A DNA stretch of 32,589 nucleotides from Octopus sinensis (taxonomy: Eukaryota): positions 1 to 32,589 of the forward strand of contig NW_021832788.1 in the NCBI RefSeq assembly GCF_006345805.1, written 5' to 3'. Positions 1 through 10,864 of the stretch are shown piece after piece; position 1 is the first letter of the stretch, and every line of letters starts with the position of its first letter. The notes below the pieces were generated by a model that had not been told where the DNA came from, searched no databases, and was given only the letters and a program-made list of their open reading frames with translations. Made by a program: the position numbers and the translations under genes.

Positions 1-258
1 TGCAAGCAACTTGGCAAGAAGTTCCTCAAGAGAATATTTGTCATCTGATCAGTAGCATGTCTAATAGGGCCCTGCATTGAAAAATGCAAAGGGTATGTAT
101 GCTAAATAATAGTTATTCAGATATTAATAATGAATAACGACTACTAAATAATAGTTATTCACATATTATTAATTAATAAATAATCTGAATGTATAATTTC
201 AGACTTAAATAAATTTTAACGATTATAAGGGTGTCTGTTAACTTCTATCATATCTGTG
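1..258 (+). mobile_element. Tc1-like DNA transposon, 3' end (transposase C-terminus plus right TIR), truncated by the window edge
   Basis: Frame from nt 3 reads QATWQEVPQENICHLISSMSNRAL and, after a 1-nt shift, LKNAKGMYAK*. This resembles the Tc1 C-terminal W..IPQE.I..LI.SM..R...VI.AKG..TKY pattern. The segment ends ...GGGTGTCTGTTAACTTCTATCATATCTGTG followed by TA (259-260), a Tc1-like TIR end with a TA target. Confidence 0.7.
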
Positions 259-269
259 TATATTCACGC

Positions 270-306
270 CCATACATATATACGTGTGTTGTGTGTGTGC
301 ATGTAT

Positions 307-342
<36 letters not shown>

Positions 343-762
343 TATCCAACGATCTGTTAATCACACACGCATGTATATAGATAGATAGAAAGCAAGATAT
401 ATTTCTCAATAGATGTATACGTAAATATAAATATGCGTATATATTTATATATATGTGGGAGTGTCTGTGCACATATACATATGTGTATATGTGTGTGTGT
501 GTCTGTGTGTGTGTGTGTGTGGTATATATATATTATATATATACGCACACACAAACACGCATGTATTTTATATATATATATATGTTATAATGTTTTTTTT
601 ATGTCTTTTATTGCTAGAGTTTCTTTCAAATAGATTTCTTGGAAATCTTCCGAAACTGTCACCAAATGTTGGTAAGGCTTGATTTCTCCTGCCAAACACT
701 TGTGTTGGAGAAGTTTTTCATTCCACTCATCACATTCTCTTTGGCAAAATTCCGGCCATTAC

Positions 763-830
<68 letters not shown>

Positions 831-1113
831 GCTATCTATCTATTTCTGTATCTGTCTTCCTGTCAATCACTGTCTGTATTTCTGTCTTTCTGTCCGTCTT
901 CCTGTCTCTCTCTCTTGTCTCTATCTCCATACATACATGCAAACCTACCTACCTACCTACCTACCTACCTACCTACCTACCTACCTACATATATACATAC
1001 GTACATACACACATACCTACACGCTCACACATATCTAGCATGTATGTACACACACACACACACGTGTGTACGTGTTTATATATATAAATTTATATGTATT
1101 CGTGTGTGTGTTG

Positions 1114-1146
<33 letters not shown>

Positions 1147-1176
1147 TATACACAATTTATACATATAAATACAAAC

Positions 1177-1233
<57 letters not shown>

Positions 1234-1346
1234 TATTTATATATATATACCAAACACACATATATGTCTCTTTTTTCTCTTTTTAGGTTAGGTTCTCCTC
1301 GTCCTCCTTTTCTCCCCCCCCTCCCCCTCCTCGCCTCTCCCTTCTC

Positions 1347-1381
<35 letters not shown>

Positions 1382-1580
1382 GTTGTGCGTGCGTGTGTGT
1401 GTGTATGAATGCATGTATATGTATATATAACACATATAATTTCGAAAGTTCATGCACATACACATACATGCCGGCCTACCTACCCTCCATCCTACCTACT
1501 TACTTACTTACCTACTTACTTACTTATTTACCCACATACATACATACATACATACATACATACATACATACATACATACA

Positions 1581-1614
<34 letters not shown>

Positions 1615-1760
1615 CATACATACATACATACATGTACACACACACACACCCCACTCTAGACGTTTGCTGTCATCAGTTAATTTGATTTGATATATACTTC
1701 TACAACAACAACAACAACAACAACAACAACAGCAACAACAACAACAACAACAACAACACC
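270..1760. repeat. Compound microsatellite block: (TG)n, (TA)n, (TATC)n, (CTAC)n, (TACA)n, (CAA)n
   Basis: Directly visible simple repeats, e.g. (TATC)n ~763-838, (CTAC)n ~943-990, (TACA)n ~1528-1630, (CAA)n ~1702-1757. Confidence 0.95.
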
Positions 1761-1859
1761 TACAGCAATTACTACAACAAACTTGAACAATAACTCAATT
1801 GATTAATTTTAGTATTATTAATAAAGGTGATGGAGTGCAATGGTGTAGTAAAAAAAAAT

Positions 1860-1990
1860 GGTAGCTCGCCAGGTTAAATGGCTTTGGTATTTAGTCGCCT
1901 TCCTCTACGTCTTGAGTTCAAATCCCAGAGGCTTAGCTTCGTTTTTCATCGCTCTCTAACGTCGATTCCGTATAAGCCAATAATATATTA
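1860..1990 (+). mobile_element. Degenerate tRNA-derived SINE head
   Basis: B-box-like GAGTTCAAATCCC (1914-1926) followed by a decayed version of the ...TTTCATC...GTCGAT core seen in the abundant SINE family of this window. Confidence 0.5.
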
Positions 1991-2054
1991 TGGCCGATTT
2001 ATTCATCTTCTATTTAAATATGTGGCCTTGGGCCAGTACGTTGAACGATTATTA

Positions 2055-2089
<35 letters not shown>

Positions 2090-2117
2090 TATTATTATTA
2101 TTATTTTGTTATTATTA

Positions 2118-2152
<35 letters not shown>

Positions 2153-2248
2153 TATTATTATTATTATTGTTGTTGTTGTTGTTTTTATTATTATTTTTAT
2201 TAATTATTATTATTTTATTATTATTATTATTATTATATATTATATTAT

Positions 2249-2707
2249 TGAGTGAGAGAGCAGTGCATGCCATCAAAGTGACACTGGGGTAAAATATACG
2301 AAGCCCAATATACCCATCATGACTACCAGTCTGATAAAGGTACACCAGGCACATGCATCACAACCATATGTGCGCGACATGGTGATCTCATATCAAGATA
2401 AACAGCACATGACCTTGCAGGTGGGGCCCAGTTAGAATTTTCTTCAGATTGAGTAGCCCATCCCGCTCAAACGGTCCCTGAATAAGGGTTGTTTAAGGAT
2501 GTTGAAAGAACCACCCATGTTTCCAGAGGTGAACTATTCAAACCCCAAAGAATCCCTCTCAACACATGGCTATGATGCTCCCCCACTACTTCTGCTCGTG
2601 ATCAGAGATGCACATATTGTCAGCCACGAAGGGACATGCTCAACTGGTTAAGGTCAAACAACTGACAAGCAAATCTGTGGTATTGAGCAGAATATTTGCT
2701 GTAGCCC
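2249..2707 (-). mobile_element. TAA-microsatellite-embedded non-coding retroelement, longest copy (459 bp)
   Basis: Flanked on both sides by (TAT)n. On the minus strand it ends ...GCACTGCTCTCTCACTCA-(ATA)n. Near-identical partial copies at 3141-3419 and 17228-17270 share this end. Confidence 0.8.
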
Positions 2708-2751
<44 letters not shown>

Positions 2752-2894
2752 ATTATTATTTTATTATTATTATATTATTATTTTATTATTATTATTATTG
2801 TTATTGTTTTTATTATTATTATTATTATGTTATTATTATTATTATTATATTATTATTATTACTATTATTATTATATTATTATTATCTATATTAA

Positions 2895-3100
2895 GGCGGC
2901 GAGCTGGCAGAAACGTTAGCACGCCGGGCGAAATGCGTAGCCATATTTCGTCTGCCGTTAGGTTCTGAGTTCAAATTCCGCCGAGGTCGGCTTTGCCTTT
3001 CATCCTTTCGGGGCCGATAAAATTTGTACCAGTTACGCACTGGGGTCGATATTATCGACTTAACCCCTTTCCCCAAATTTGAGGCTTCCATTTGAAAGGA
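2895..3100 (+). mobile_element. tRNA-derived SINE, family 1 (GGCGGCGAGCTGGCAGAA head)
   Basis: A-box-like TGGCAGAAACGTTAG, B-box GAGTTCAAATTCC, and central GCCTTTCATCCTTTCGGGG(T/C)CGATAAA..GTACCAG domain. From memory this domain resembles the MetaSINE core (unverified). Confidence 0.9.
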
Positions 3101-3140
3101 TCATCATCATCATCATCATTATCATTATTATTATTATTAT

Positions 3141-3419
3141 TGAGTGAGAGAGCAGTGCATGCCATCAAAGTGACACTGGGGTAAAATATACGAAGCCCAA
3201 TATACCCATCATGACTACCGTCTGATAAGGTACACCAGCACATGCATCACAACCATATGTGCGCGACATGGTGATCTCATATCAAGATAAACAGCACATG
3301 ACCTTGCAGGTGGGGCCCAGTTAGAATTTTCTTCAGATTGAGTAGCCCATCCCGCTCAAAAGGTCCCTGAATAAGGGTTGTTTAAGGATGTTGAAAGAAC
3401 CACCCATGTTTCCAGAGGT
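3141..3419 (-). mobile_element. Truncated copy of the TAA-embedded element
   Basis: Near-identical to 2249-2530; starts in (TAT)n and abuts a family-1 SINE at 3420. Confidence 0.85.
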
Positions 3420-3632
3420 GGCAGCGAGCTGGCAGAATCGTTAGCACGCTAGGCAAAATGCTTAGCATCATTTTATCTGTCTTTACACTCTGAGTTCAAA
3501 TTCTGCCGAAGCTGACTTTGCCTTGCATCCTTTCGGGGTCGATAAAATACGTACCAGTTGAACACTGGGATCGATGTAATCGAGTAGTCTCTCCCCCACA
3601 AAATTTCAGGTCTTGTGCCTTTAGTAGAAGGA
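3420..3632 (+). mobile_element. SINE family 1 copy
   Basis: GCAGCGAGCTGGCAGAATCGTTAG head, GAGTTCAAATTC B-box, CATCCTTTCGGGGTCGATAAAA core, ...GTCTTGTGCCTTTAGTAGAAGG-(ATT)n tail. Confidence 0.9.
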
Positions 3633-3648
3633 TTATTATTATCATTAA

Positions 3649-3857
3649 GGCGGCGAGCTAGTAGAATCGTTCATGCGCGGGAGAAATGCTTAGTGGCATT
3701 TCGTCTGCCTATACTTTCCGAATTAAAAATCTGCGGCGGTCGACAATGTCCTTCTTCCTTTGGGGTCGATAAATAAGTATGAGTTGATGTAATCGATAGC
3801 ACCTGTTCCTCCGAACTTGTTGGCTAAAATCCAGGCCTTGTGCCTATAGTAGAAAGG
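3649..3857 (+). mobile_element. SINE family 1 copy (diverged)
   Basis: GGCGGCGAGCTAGTAGAATCG head, GGGGTCGATAAATAAGT core, GGCCTTGTGCCTATAGTAGAAAGG tail. Confidence 0.85.
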
Positions 3858-3880
3858 GTTATTACTATTATTATTGATAA

Positions 3881-4075
3881 GGCGGTGAGCTGGCAGAATC
3901 GTTAGCAGACGGGGCGAAATGCTTAGCAGTATTTCGTCTGTCGCTACGTTCTGAGTTCAAATTCTGCCGAGGTCATCTTTGCGTTTTATCCTTTCGGAGT
4001 CTATAAAATAAGTACCTGTTATGCATTGGGGTCGATGTAATCTACCTAAACCCTTGCCCCAAATTTCAGACCAGG

Positions 4076-4076
<1 letters not shown>
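3881..4076 (+). mobile_element. SINE family 1 copy
   Basis: GGCGGTGAGCTGGCAGAATCGTTAG head, GAGTTCAAATTC B-box, core domain, then a long (ATT)n tract. Confidence 0.9.
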
Positions 4077-4153
<77 letters not shown>

Positions 4154-4170
4154 GTTATCAGAGCGCTGAA

Positions 4171-4390
4171 GGTGGTGAGCTGGCAGAATCATTAGAGCGG
4201 CGGAAAAAAATGTTTTGTAGCGTTTCTTCTGACATCTTCGATACTGATTTCAAATCTCGACGCATTCATTCAACGTTGCCTTTTATCCTTTCGGCGTCGA
4301 TAAAATAAATACAAGTTGAGTACTGGGGTCGATGTTATTGATTTATCCCCTCTCATTAAAATTACTGGCCTTGTGTCAATATTTGAAGTT
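4171..4390 (+). mobile_element. SINE family 1 copy (diverged)
   Basis: GGTGGTGAGCTGGCAGAATC head, ATCCTTTCGGCGTCGATAAAATAA core, GGCCTTGTG tail. Confidence 0.85.
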
Positions 4391-4419
4391 ATTAATACGT
4401 GAGCATCGAAAATATACTT

Positions 4420-4586
4420 TGAGGCACTTGTAGCTCTTTATATTCCGAGTCGAATCTCACTGAGATTAACTTTGATTTTCATCCTTTCGTGGTTGATAAA
4501 GTAAAGTACCAGTCATCGGCTAGGAAAGATGTAATCGACCAGTCTCCACTCCTAAAATTACTGGCCTTGTGCCAAAATTAGAAACT
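4420..4586 (+). mobile_element. SINE family 1 copy lacking most of its head
   Basis: TTTCATCCTTTCGTGGTTGATAAAGTAAAGTACCAG core and GGCCTTGTGCCAAAATTAGAAAC tail. Confidence 0.75.
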
Positions 4587-4799
4587 TCCACGGCGAGTAA
4601 TACTTACAGAGACCAGATAAGTTAATTAGTTAAGTGGACATTGTTGGAGACAATCCTAAACAATAAATAATAGTTTGTCCTTCAAAGAGCGATAACGACT
4701 GAATCGATAAGATTTAGATAGGGATTAGTGACAGAAGAAAACTAGCCTGGAGGGAGACATAGTGAGAAACTTGGAAGATATATTTAGGAAAGATGTGCT

Positions 4800-5300
4800 A
4801 GCACGAAGGATGCGTTGTCAGGGTTAAAGTACATGGTTTAAAACACGGAGAAACGAAGGCCATTCGGTGGGCCCAAGTGGTAGAGGCGTGTTGTAGCAAC
4901 GAAGTCGTAATTTGATCTTTTGCGGATCATGACGGGCGTGTGCTACTCGATCCCCAACAGGTGTTTAAGTTTTTCAGCGGTACTTTACTTGACTGTTTAG
5001 AACGAATGGCAGTCCGGATCACAGAGTGAAGTTCAATATCTTGTTGTGATAAGTCATGACTCTCGGCAGCAAAAGTGGAGTTCTGTGAAAAACCGAGGAA
5101 TTACAGTAAGCGACGACTCGCCGCATGAAGACAAAATCGTTTGCATTAGATGGTCTGACTTACGAATTTTAGTTTCATAAACCAGATTTGTTTGGCGACT
5201 TCTATTTTTTTTGTTCATCCAAAATATTATTACTACGTACGATGTGAGTTTTAAAGTTATTGAAGATCCAGCGATTATTCTGGCTCTGTGTTTTCCTCCA
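4800..5300 (+). mobile_element. Highly degenerate mariner-type transposase remnant (tentative)
   Basis: Weak motif matches appear in the expected order across frameshifts: GETKAIRW (~ETK.QS.QW), FADHDGRVLLD (~VFWD..G.LL.D), LLDCLERM (~YY..L.RL), DDSPH (~HDNA.PH), KPDLFGDFYFF (~SPDLAPSDFYLF), FKVIED. Each match is weak on its own. Confidence 0.35.
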
Positions 5301-6058
5301 TTTTTTTTCAATATATTTCTCACAATTATTTAGTATACATCAAGCTTTTCCGTAGTTTCTGCAGAATACTTTGAATTCTGAAGTTAATTTAGTATACTAA
5401 TAACCATTAATTTTGAAATCAGCTTTGTTGTCATTTGAAATTTTACAGGGAGGCGCACGAAAAAGTACCCCAGGTTTCGTTAACATAGTGTAAATACAGA
5501 AATAAATTTACACACACGAAAAAGCATCTAACTTTTCGTTTGCAAGTGTTAGCCAATCATCATCTTCTCTTAAGAATTGCCAAAATTAGAAGGAATTATT
5601 ATTATGGAATGTGCGAGATTTATGTCTAATAGTTCGAAACTCTAAAAATAATATTTCACGTATTATACAACCAGCTTTCACTATTTGTATATTCCGCAAG
5701 GGAAAGAAGAGATGTAGAGCACTGGTGAGTATCATCAGAAAGTTTTAAAAAGGCGATTATGACACTTCATATTACCTCTCAAATTCACATGAAAACGCCG
5801 TTCCATGTTACGCTGGAATATGGCTGCGCAAACGATAATAAATCTATCATCAGAGAAATAATGAAATTCTTACTTAAAATTGGATTAGATTTTCAACAAC
5901 TAAAATCTAGAAGCAAGGCAATGTTTCAAATGGACATAAAAATGTCAAATCTGCTAACTATGATGAAGAGTCACGAAATTATACTTATACGTTACCAATA
6001 ATTTTCTAAGCTGAATTAAAACTGCAAATGTTCATGTTAAATTATTAATAACCTTTTC

Positions 6059-6186
6059 TGGTACTTATTTCATCGACCCCGAAAAGATGAAAGTTGAAGT
6101 TGACCTGAACACAGTGCGTAAAGACGGACGAAATGCCGCTAAGCATTTTGTCCGGTGTGTTAACAATTCTTCCAACTTGACCCTTT
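6059..6186 (-). mobile_element. SINE family 1 copy, partial
   Basis: Reverse complement of core and head: GGTACTTATTT..ATCGACCCCGAAAAGATGAAAG...GACGAAATGCCGCTAAGCATTTTG. Confidence 0.8.
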
Positions 6187-6187
6187 A

Positions 6188-6239
<52 letters not shown>

Positions 6240-6253
6240 TAAAAATAATAATC

Positions 6254-6469
6254 ATCCTTTCTACTAAAGGCACAAGGCCTGAAATTTTAGGGGAGGGGGA
6301 CTTGTCGATTATATCGATCCCAGTGTTTCACTGGTACTTAATTTATCGACCCCGAAAGGATAAAAAGTAAAGACGTCCTCAACTGAATTTGAACTCAATG
6401 CTTAAATAAGGACGAAATGCTGCTAAGTATTTTGCCCGGCGTGCTAACGATTCTGCCAGATCGCTGCCT
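6254..6469 (-). mobile_element. SINE family 1 copy, full length
   Basis: Reverse complement of tail (ATCCTTTCTACTAAAGGCACAAGGCC), core and head (CTAACGATTCTGCCAGATCGCTGCC); flanked by (TAA)n. Confidence 0.9.
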
Positions 6470-6489
6470 TAATACTAATAATGATAATA

Positions 6490-6595
6490 ATCCTTTCTAC
6501 TATAGGCACAAGACCTGAAATTTTGGGGGAGGGGATTACTCGATTATATCGATCACAGTGTTTCACTAGTACTTCATTTATCGCTGAAAATGACA
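6490..6595 (-). mobile_element. SINE family 1, 3' part only
   Basis: Tail plus part of the core; truncated just before the Helitron-like element. Confidence 0.75.
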
Positions 6596-6620
6596 AAAGT
6601 GTATTGACAATACACGTGTA

Positions 6621-7004
6621 TCTCTCTCTATATAAACGGCAGTTTGTCTGTGTGTGTGTCTGTGTGTCTGTTAGGTTGTACCCTCACCCTGACCACGGCT
6701 TTCAACCGATTCTGATGAAACTTGACACACACATAGCCCAATGTCATAATTCAAAACTAACGCAGCGAAAATTTTGAAAAGTTCCCCCAGTTCTGAAAAG
6801 AAATCGATAAATTCGACATGGGGTCGAGAATCAGAAACACAAACCACAGACTGTCTAGGGGATGCAAATCGACCTTTTTAACTCTCAAAATAAATTTACC
6901 ATCATTTTTTCCATTTTTTTGCTATTTTTTTGGCTATAACTCTCTAAAAATGCTTTATAGTTATTTCCCTTACAAACCCGAGCAACGCCGGGTGATACTG
7001 CTTG
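6621..7004 (+). mobile_element. Non-autonomous Helitron (384 bp)
   Basis: Inserted between A(6620) and T(7005). 5' end TCTCTCTCTATATAAA followed by a (GT/GTCT)n tract and AACCGATTCTGATGAAACTT. 3' hairpin CCCGAGCAACGCCGGG (6977-6992), an 8-nt spacer, then CTTG (canonical CTAG, one mismatch). No TSD. Confidence 0.75.
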
Positions 7005-7094
7005 TTGATGAATAAAACTATTCCTTGCATTTATAAGGCATTAGCAAACTCTTTTTTCTTTTCTATAAATTTCATACTCGACAACCTAATATGT

Positions 7095-7296
7095 GTGCGT
7101 GTGTGTCTTTTTGTTTGTGTATGTCCCTCACCACCGCTTGACAACTGGTATTGGTATGTTTACGTCGCTGTAACATCACGGTTCAGCAAAAGTGACCGAT
7201 AGAATAAGTACCAAACTCAAAAAAATAAGACCTTCGGAAGCAGTGCTTCAGCATGGCCACAGCCCAACGACTGAAACAAGTAAGCGGCAAAGAGTA
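7095..7296 (+). mobile_element. SINE family 2, 3' half with an internal deletion
   Basis: Matches 32250-32460: GCTTGACAAC..GTTTACGT..CAAAAG.GACCGATAGAATAAGTAC..CAGCATGGCC.CAG..ACTGAAACAAGTAA. Confidence 0.8.
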
Positions 7297-7739
7297 ATTA
7301 ATACACTATATCTCTGAAAAATATGTGATGGTTATAAAAGGAACGTTCATTGATCGGTATGTCTGTTTAACCAGATTTGACAATGGGACGAAATAACAAC
7401 GATGATGACATTGAAAAAAAAAACAATAGCTTACAGAAAACATATGCAAAAAACGAAATACCCGACATAGTTTTACATAATAAAAACACTATAGAGCTTC
7501 AAAAATTGCCATATTTACTTCAAATGACACATCTCAAATTACGTCTCCGTATAACATTACATTTTGATGGCGTCGAATGAAATGATGAAGACTGAGACAG
7601 ACGAAGATTTAAATCAAAATAAATCATTCCATGTAAATTATTATAATGGCTGTTATTAATTTGTTTGCGATGGAAATGAAGATGCTTTTGTGGAAACATG
7701 GACGGATTGCAAATGCTACAGATAGTGACATGTCGAGAA

Positions 7740-7773
7740 CATACACACACACATACACACACACACACGCGCG

Positions 7774-7821
<48 letters not shown>

Positions 7822-7827
7822 CAAAAC

Positions 7828-7860
<33 letters not shown>

Positions 7861-7894
7861 AACACACAACACACACACACACAAACACACACAA

Positions 7895-7925
<31 letters not shown>

Positions 7926-7927
7926 CC

Positions 7928-7960
<33 letters not shown>

Positions 7961-8020
7961 TAAACACCACACACGCACACACACACACACAAACACACAT
8001 AAGCACACACACACGCACAC
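7740..8020. repeat. Interrupted (CA)n microsatellite
   Basis: Directly visible. Confidence 0.95.
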
Positions 8021-8137
8021 ATGTTCCAAGATGTACATCATCTTTGGACAGTTGCATATATTTCCTCCGAGATTTTTAGTATTACAAATTTATTCGAATA
8101 AGAAAGAAACTAGTTCTCGTTTATCTCTATCTTTGAA

Positions 8138-8169
8138 ATAATAATAATAATAATAATGATAATAATAAC

Positions 8170-8240
<71 letters not shown>
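8138..8240 (+). repeat. (TAA)n tract upstream of the Dong-like element
   Basis: Directly visible; it supplies the false poly-Ile start of ORF 8156..9310. Confidence 0.95.
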
Positions 8241-8241
<1 letters not shown>

Positions 8242-10660
8242 TTGGACCCCCATAACAACTGAAGAGGTCACCCAGGCACTGCAAAAACTAAGCAACTGGA
8301 AGGCACCTGGGCATGACAAGATCCCCAACTTCTGGTTGAAATATCTAACAGGAATACACAAAAAGCTGGCTGAAAACTTTAACAGCATACTAGCAGAGCC
8401 AGAGACAATGCCTGAATGGCTCACGAAGGGGAAAACCATCTTAATTCCCAAATCAAATGAAACAACAAAACCAGAAAACTACAGACCAATAACCTGCCTC
8501 CCTACAATGTTCAAGGCATTTACTGCAGTGATATCGCAAAGGCTGAACAAGCACCTGGACGAAAACAAACTGTTCCCAGAAGAGCAGAAAGGATGCCGCA
8601 AGGGCTCATACGGCTGTAAAGATCAACTAATGATTAATAAAGCCGTAACTGAAGACAGCCACAGAAAGAAGAATGGCCTCAGTATGGCCTGGATTGACTA
8701 CAAAAAGGCGTTTGATAGCATCCCCCACACATGGATCCTCGAAACACTAGCTATTAACAAAGTAGCACCAACAATCATAAAATTCATAGAGCACTCTATG
8801 AATAAATGGCAAACAGTCCTACACCTCCAAACAAAAGAGGGACTCATGAAAACCAAAGACATCCCCATTAGAAGAGGAATATTCCAGGGAGACACGCTCT
8901 CTCCACTCCTTTTCTGCTTGGCACTGTCACCTCTATCTGATATGCTAAATAGAACTGGATGCGGATATAAATGTTACGGCAAAACGATCAGCCACCTTTT
9001 ATATATGGATGACCTAAAACTATACGCTGCAAATGACAAACAGCTGGAAACACTATTAAAGACAGTTCATGGATTTACCAAAGAAATAGATATGAAATTT
9101 GGATTAGAAAAATGCGCCAAAGTAACCATGAAAAGAGGAAAACTAGTTAAGAGTAACAACATCACACTAGATAAAACCAATGAAATAAAAGAATTAGACC
9201 AAAGCCAAACTTACAAATACTTAGGGATCCATGAACTAGATAAGACACAACACACACAAATGAAAGAGAAAATAAAAAAGAATATTATAGACGAGTTAGA
9301 TCAATACTAAAAACAGAGCTCAATGCTAAAAACAAGATAATAGGTATCAACACTTTAGCTGTCCCAGTTATAAGTTACAGCTACAATATCCTTAACTGGA
9401 CACGAAATGAACTGTCCAAAATAGATAGGAAAACAAGAAAAATAATGACATGATCTAGGATGCATCACCCAAAATCTGACATAGAAAGACTATACATACA
9501 ACGTATAGAAGGTGGTAAAGGCCTTATACAGCTGGAAAACTACTATAAAATAACCACCATAGGACTGCAAAAATACCTACTTCAGAAGGAAGGAAAACTG
9601 ATCCAGATAGCAGCAAAACACGAGCAAAACAAAAAACTGTTCTCAGTATTTAAGGAAGCTGACAAATACAAACAAGAAATCATACCACCTAATAAACACA
9701 AAGAAGAAGAAGAAGATGATGAAGAAACAACAAAAGCTATAAAACAAATGAATTCCAAACTAAAAATAGAACAGCAACGAGCCATGATAAAACGATGGCA
9801 AGAAAAACCCCTTCATGGTAAATACTGCACTAAACTAAACGCAAAAGAAATAGACAAAGAAAAATCCCAGCAATGGTTGAGAAGCTCAGGACTCAAAGCA
9901 GAAACAGAAGGATTTTTAATTGCAGCACAAGACCAAAGCCTCCCCACCAGAAATTACCAAAAACATGTAATGAAAAGAAATATTACAAGTAACTGCAGAA
10001 TATGTGGAGATGGACAAGAAACAATAAATCATATTATCTCTAGCTGCCCAGTCCTGGCTAAGAAGGAATATATTCACAGACATGACAGAGTTGGAACCTA
10101 CATACATTGGAAGCTATGCCAACATTATGGAATAACAACAGAAAAAAGATGGTATAGGCACACACCAGAAAAGGTCACAGAAAACGAGAAAGCAACCATA
10201 CTCTGGGATATGCCGATACACACAGATAGAGAAATTAAGGCCAACAGACCAGATATAGTTGTCAGAGATCATGAAGAAAAAAATGCTTTCTAATTGTTGT
10301 ATCAATACCGGCAGATGACAACGTGTCTCTAAAAGAAATGGAGAAACTCTCAAAATACAAACACCTGGAAATAGAGGTAACTAGAATGTGGAACCTGAAA
10401 ACAGAAACAATTCCTATCATAGTAGGTGCATTAGGCATGATAAAAAAATATTCAGACAAATACATAACAAAAACACCAGGACTTACAAACACATATAACA
10501 TACAGAAAATTGCACTACTAGGCACTGCACACATCCTACGCAGAACACTTTCCATACAATAACCATCAGAGCATCACAACAAATCACAGCACATACCCAA
10601 GGCACACAGAGCTGCGCTCGGTAGTGAAGTGAAAGCACGCTATAAAAATAAAACTACTGA
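8241..10660 (+). mobile_element. R4/Dong-clade non-LTR retrotransposon (RT plus restriction-like endonuclease), 5'-truncated, young pseudogene
   Basis: RT motifs APGHDKI, NYRPITCLPT, QKGCRKG, WIDYKKAFDSIPH, GIFQGDTLSPLLF, LYMDDLKLY, FGLEKC, YKYLG. CCHC knuckle CRICGDGQETINHIISSC, RHD, and RLE motif NRPDIVV. ORF ends LGTAHILRRTLSIQ* (10562); ~98-nt 3' UTR; (TAA)n on both sides. Lesions: 1-nt deletions in A-runs at ~9275 and ~10280, and TGA at 9451-9453. Confidence 0.95.
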
Positions 10661-10812
10661 ATAATAATAATAATAATAACAACAACAACAACAATGATGA
10701 TGATGATGATGATGATGATGATAATAATAATAATAATAATAATAACAACAACAACAACAACTATGATGATGATGATGATGATGATAATAATAATAATAAT
10801 TAATAATAATAA

Positions 10813-10863
<51 letters not shown>
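10661..10863 (+). repeat. Compound (TAA)n/(CAA)n/(GAT)n tract between the two Dong-like elements
   Basis: The TAA-CAA-GAT block occurs twice, followed by pure (TAA)n. Confidence 0.95.

Positions 10864-10864
<1 letters not shown>

Noticed and set aside
5446-5480. TA-CAGGGAGGCGCACGAAAAAGTACCCC mariner-like TIR start
   Set aside because: No partner TIR or transposase was found downstream.
6700-6725. CTGATGAAAC inside the Helitron, and CTGATGAAG at ~19665
   Set aside because: No stem II plus GAAA or stem I closure; these are incidental matches.
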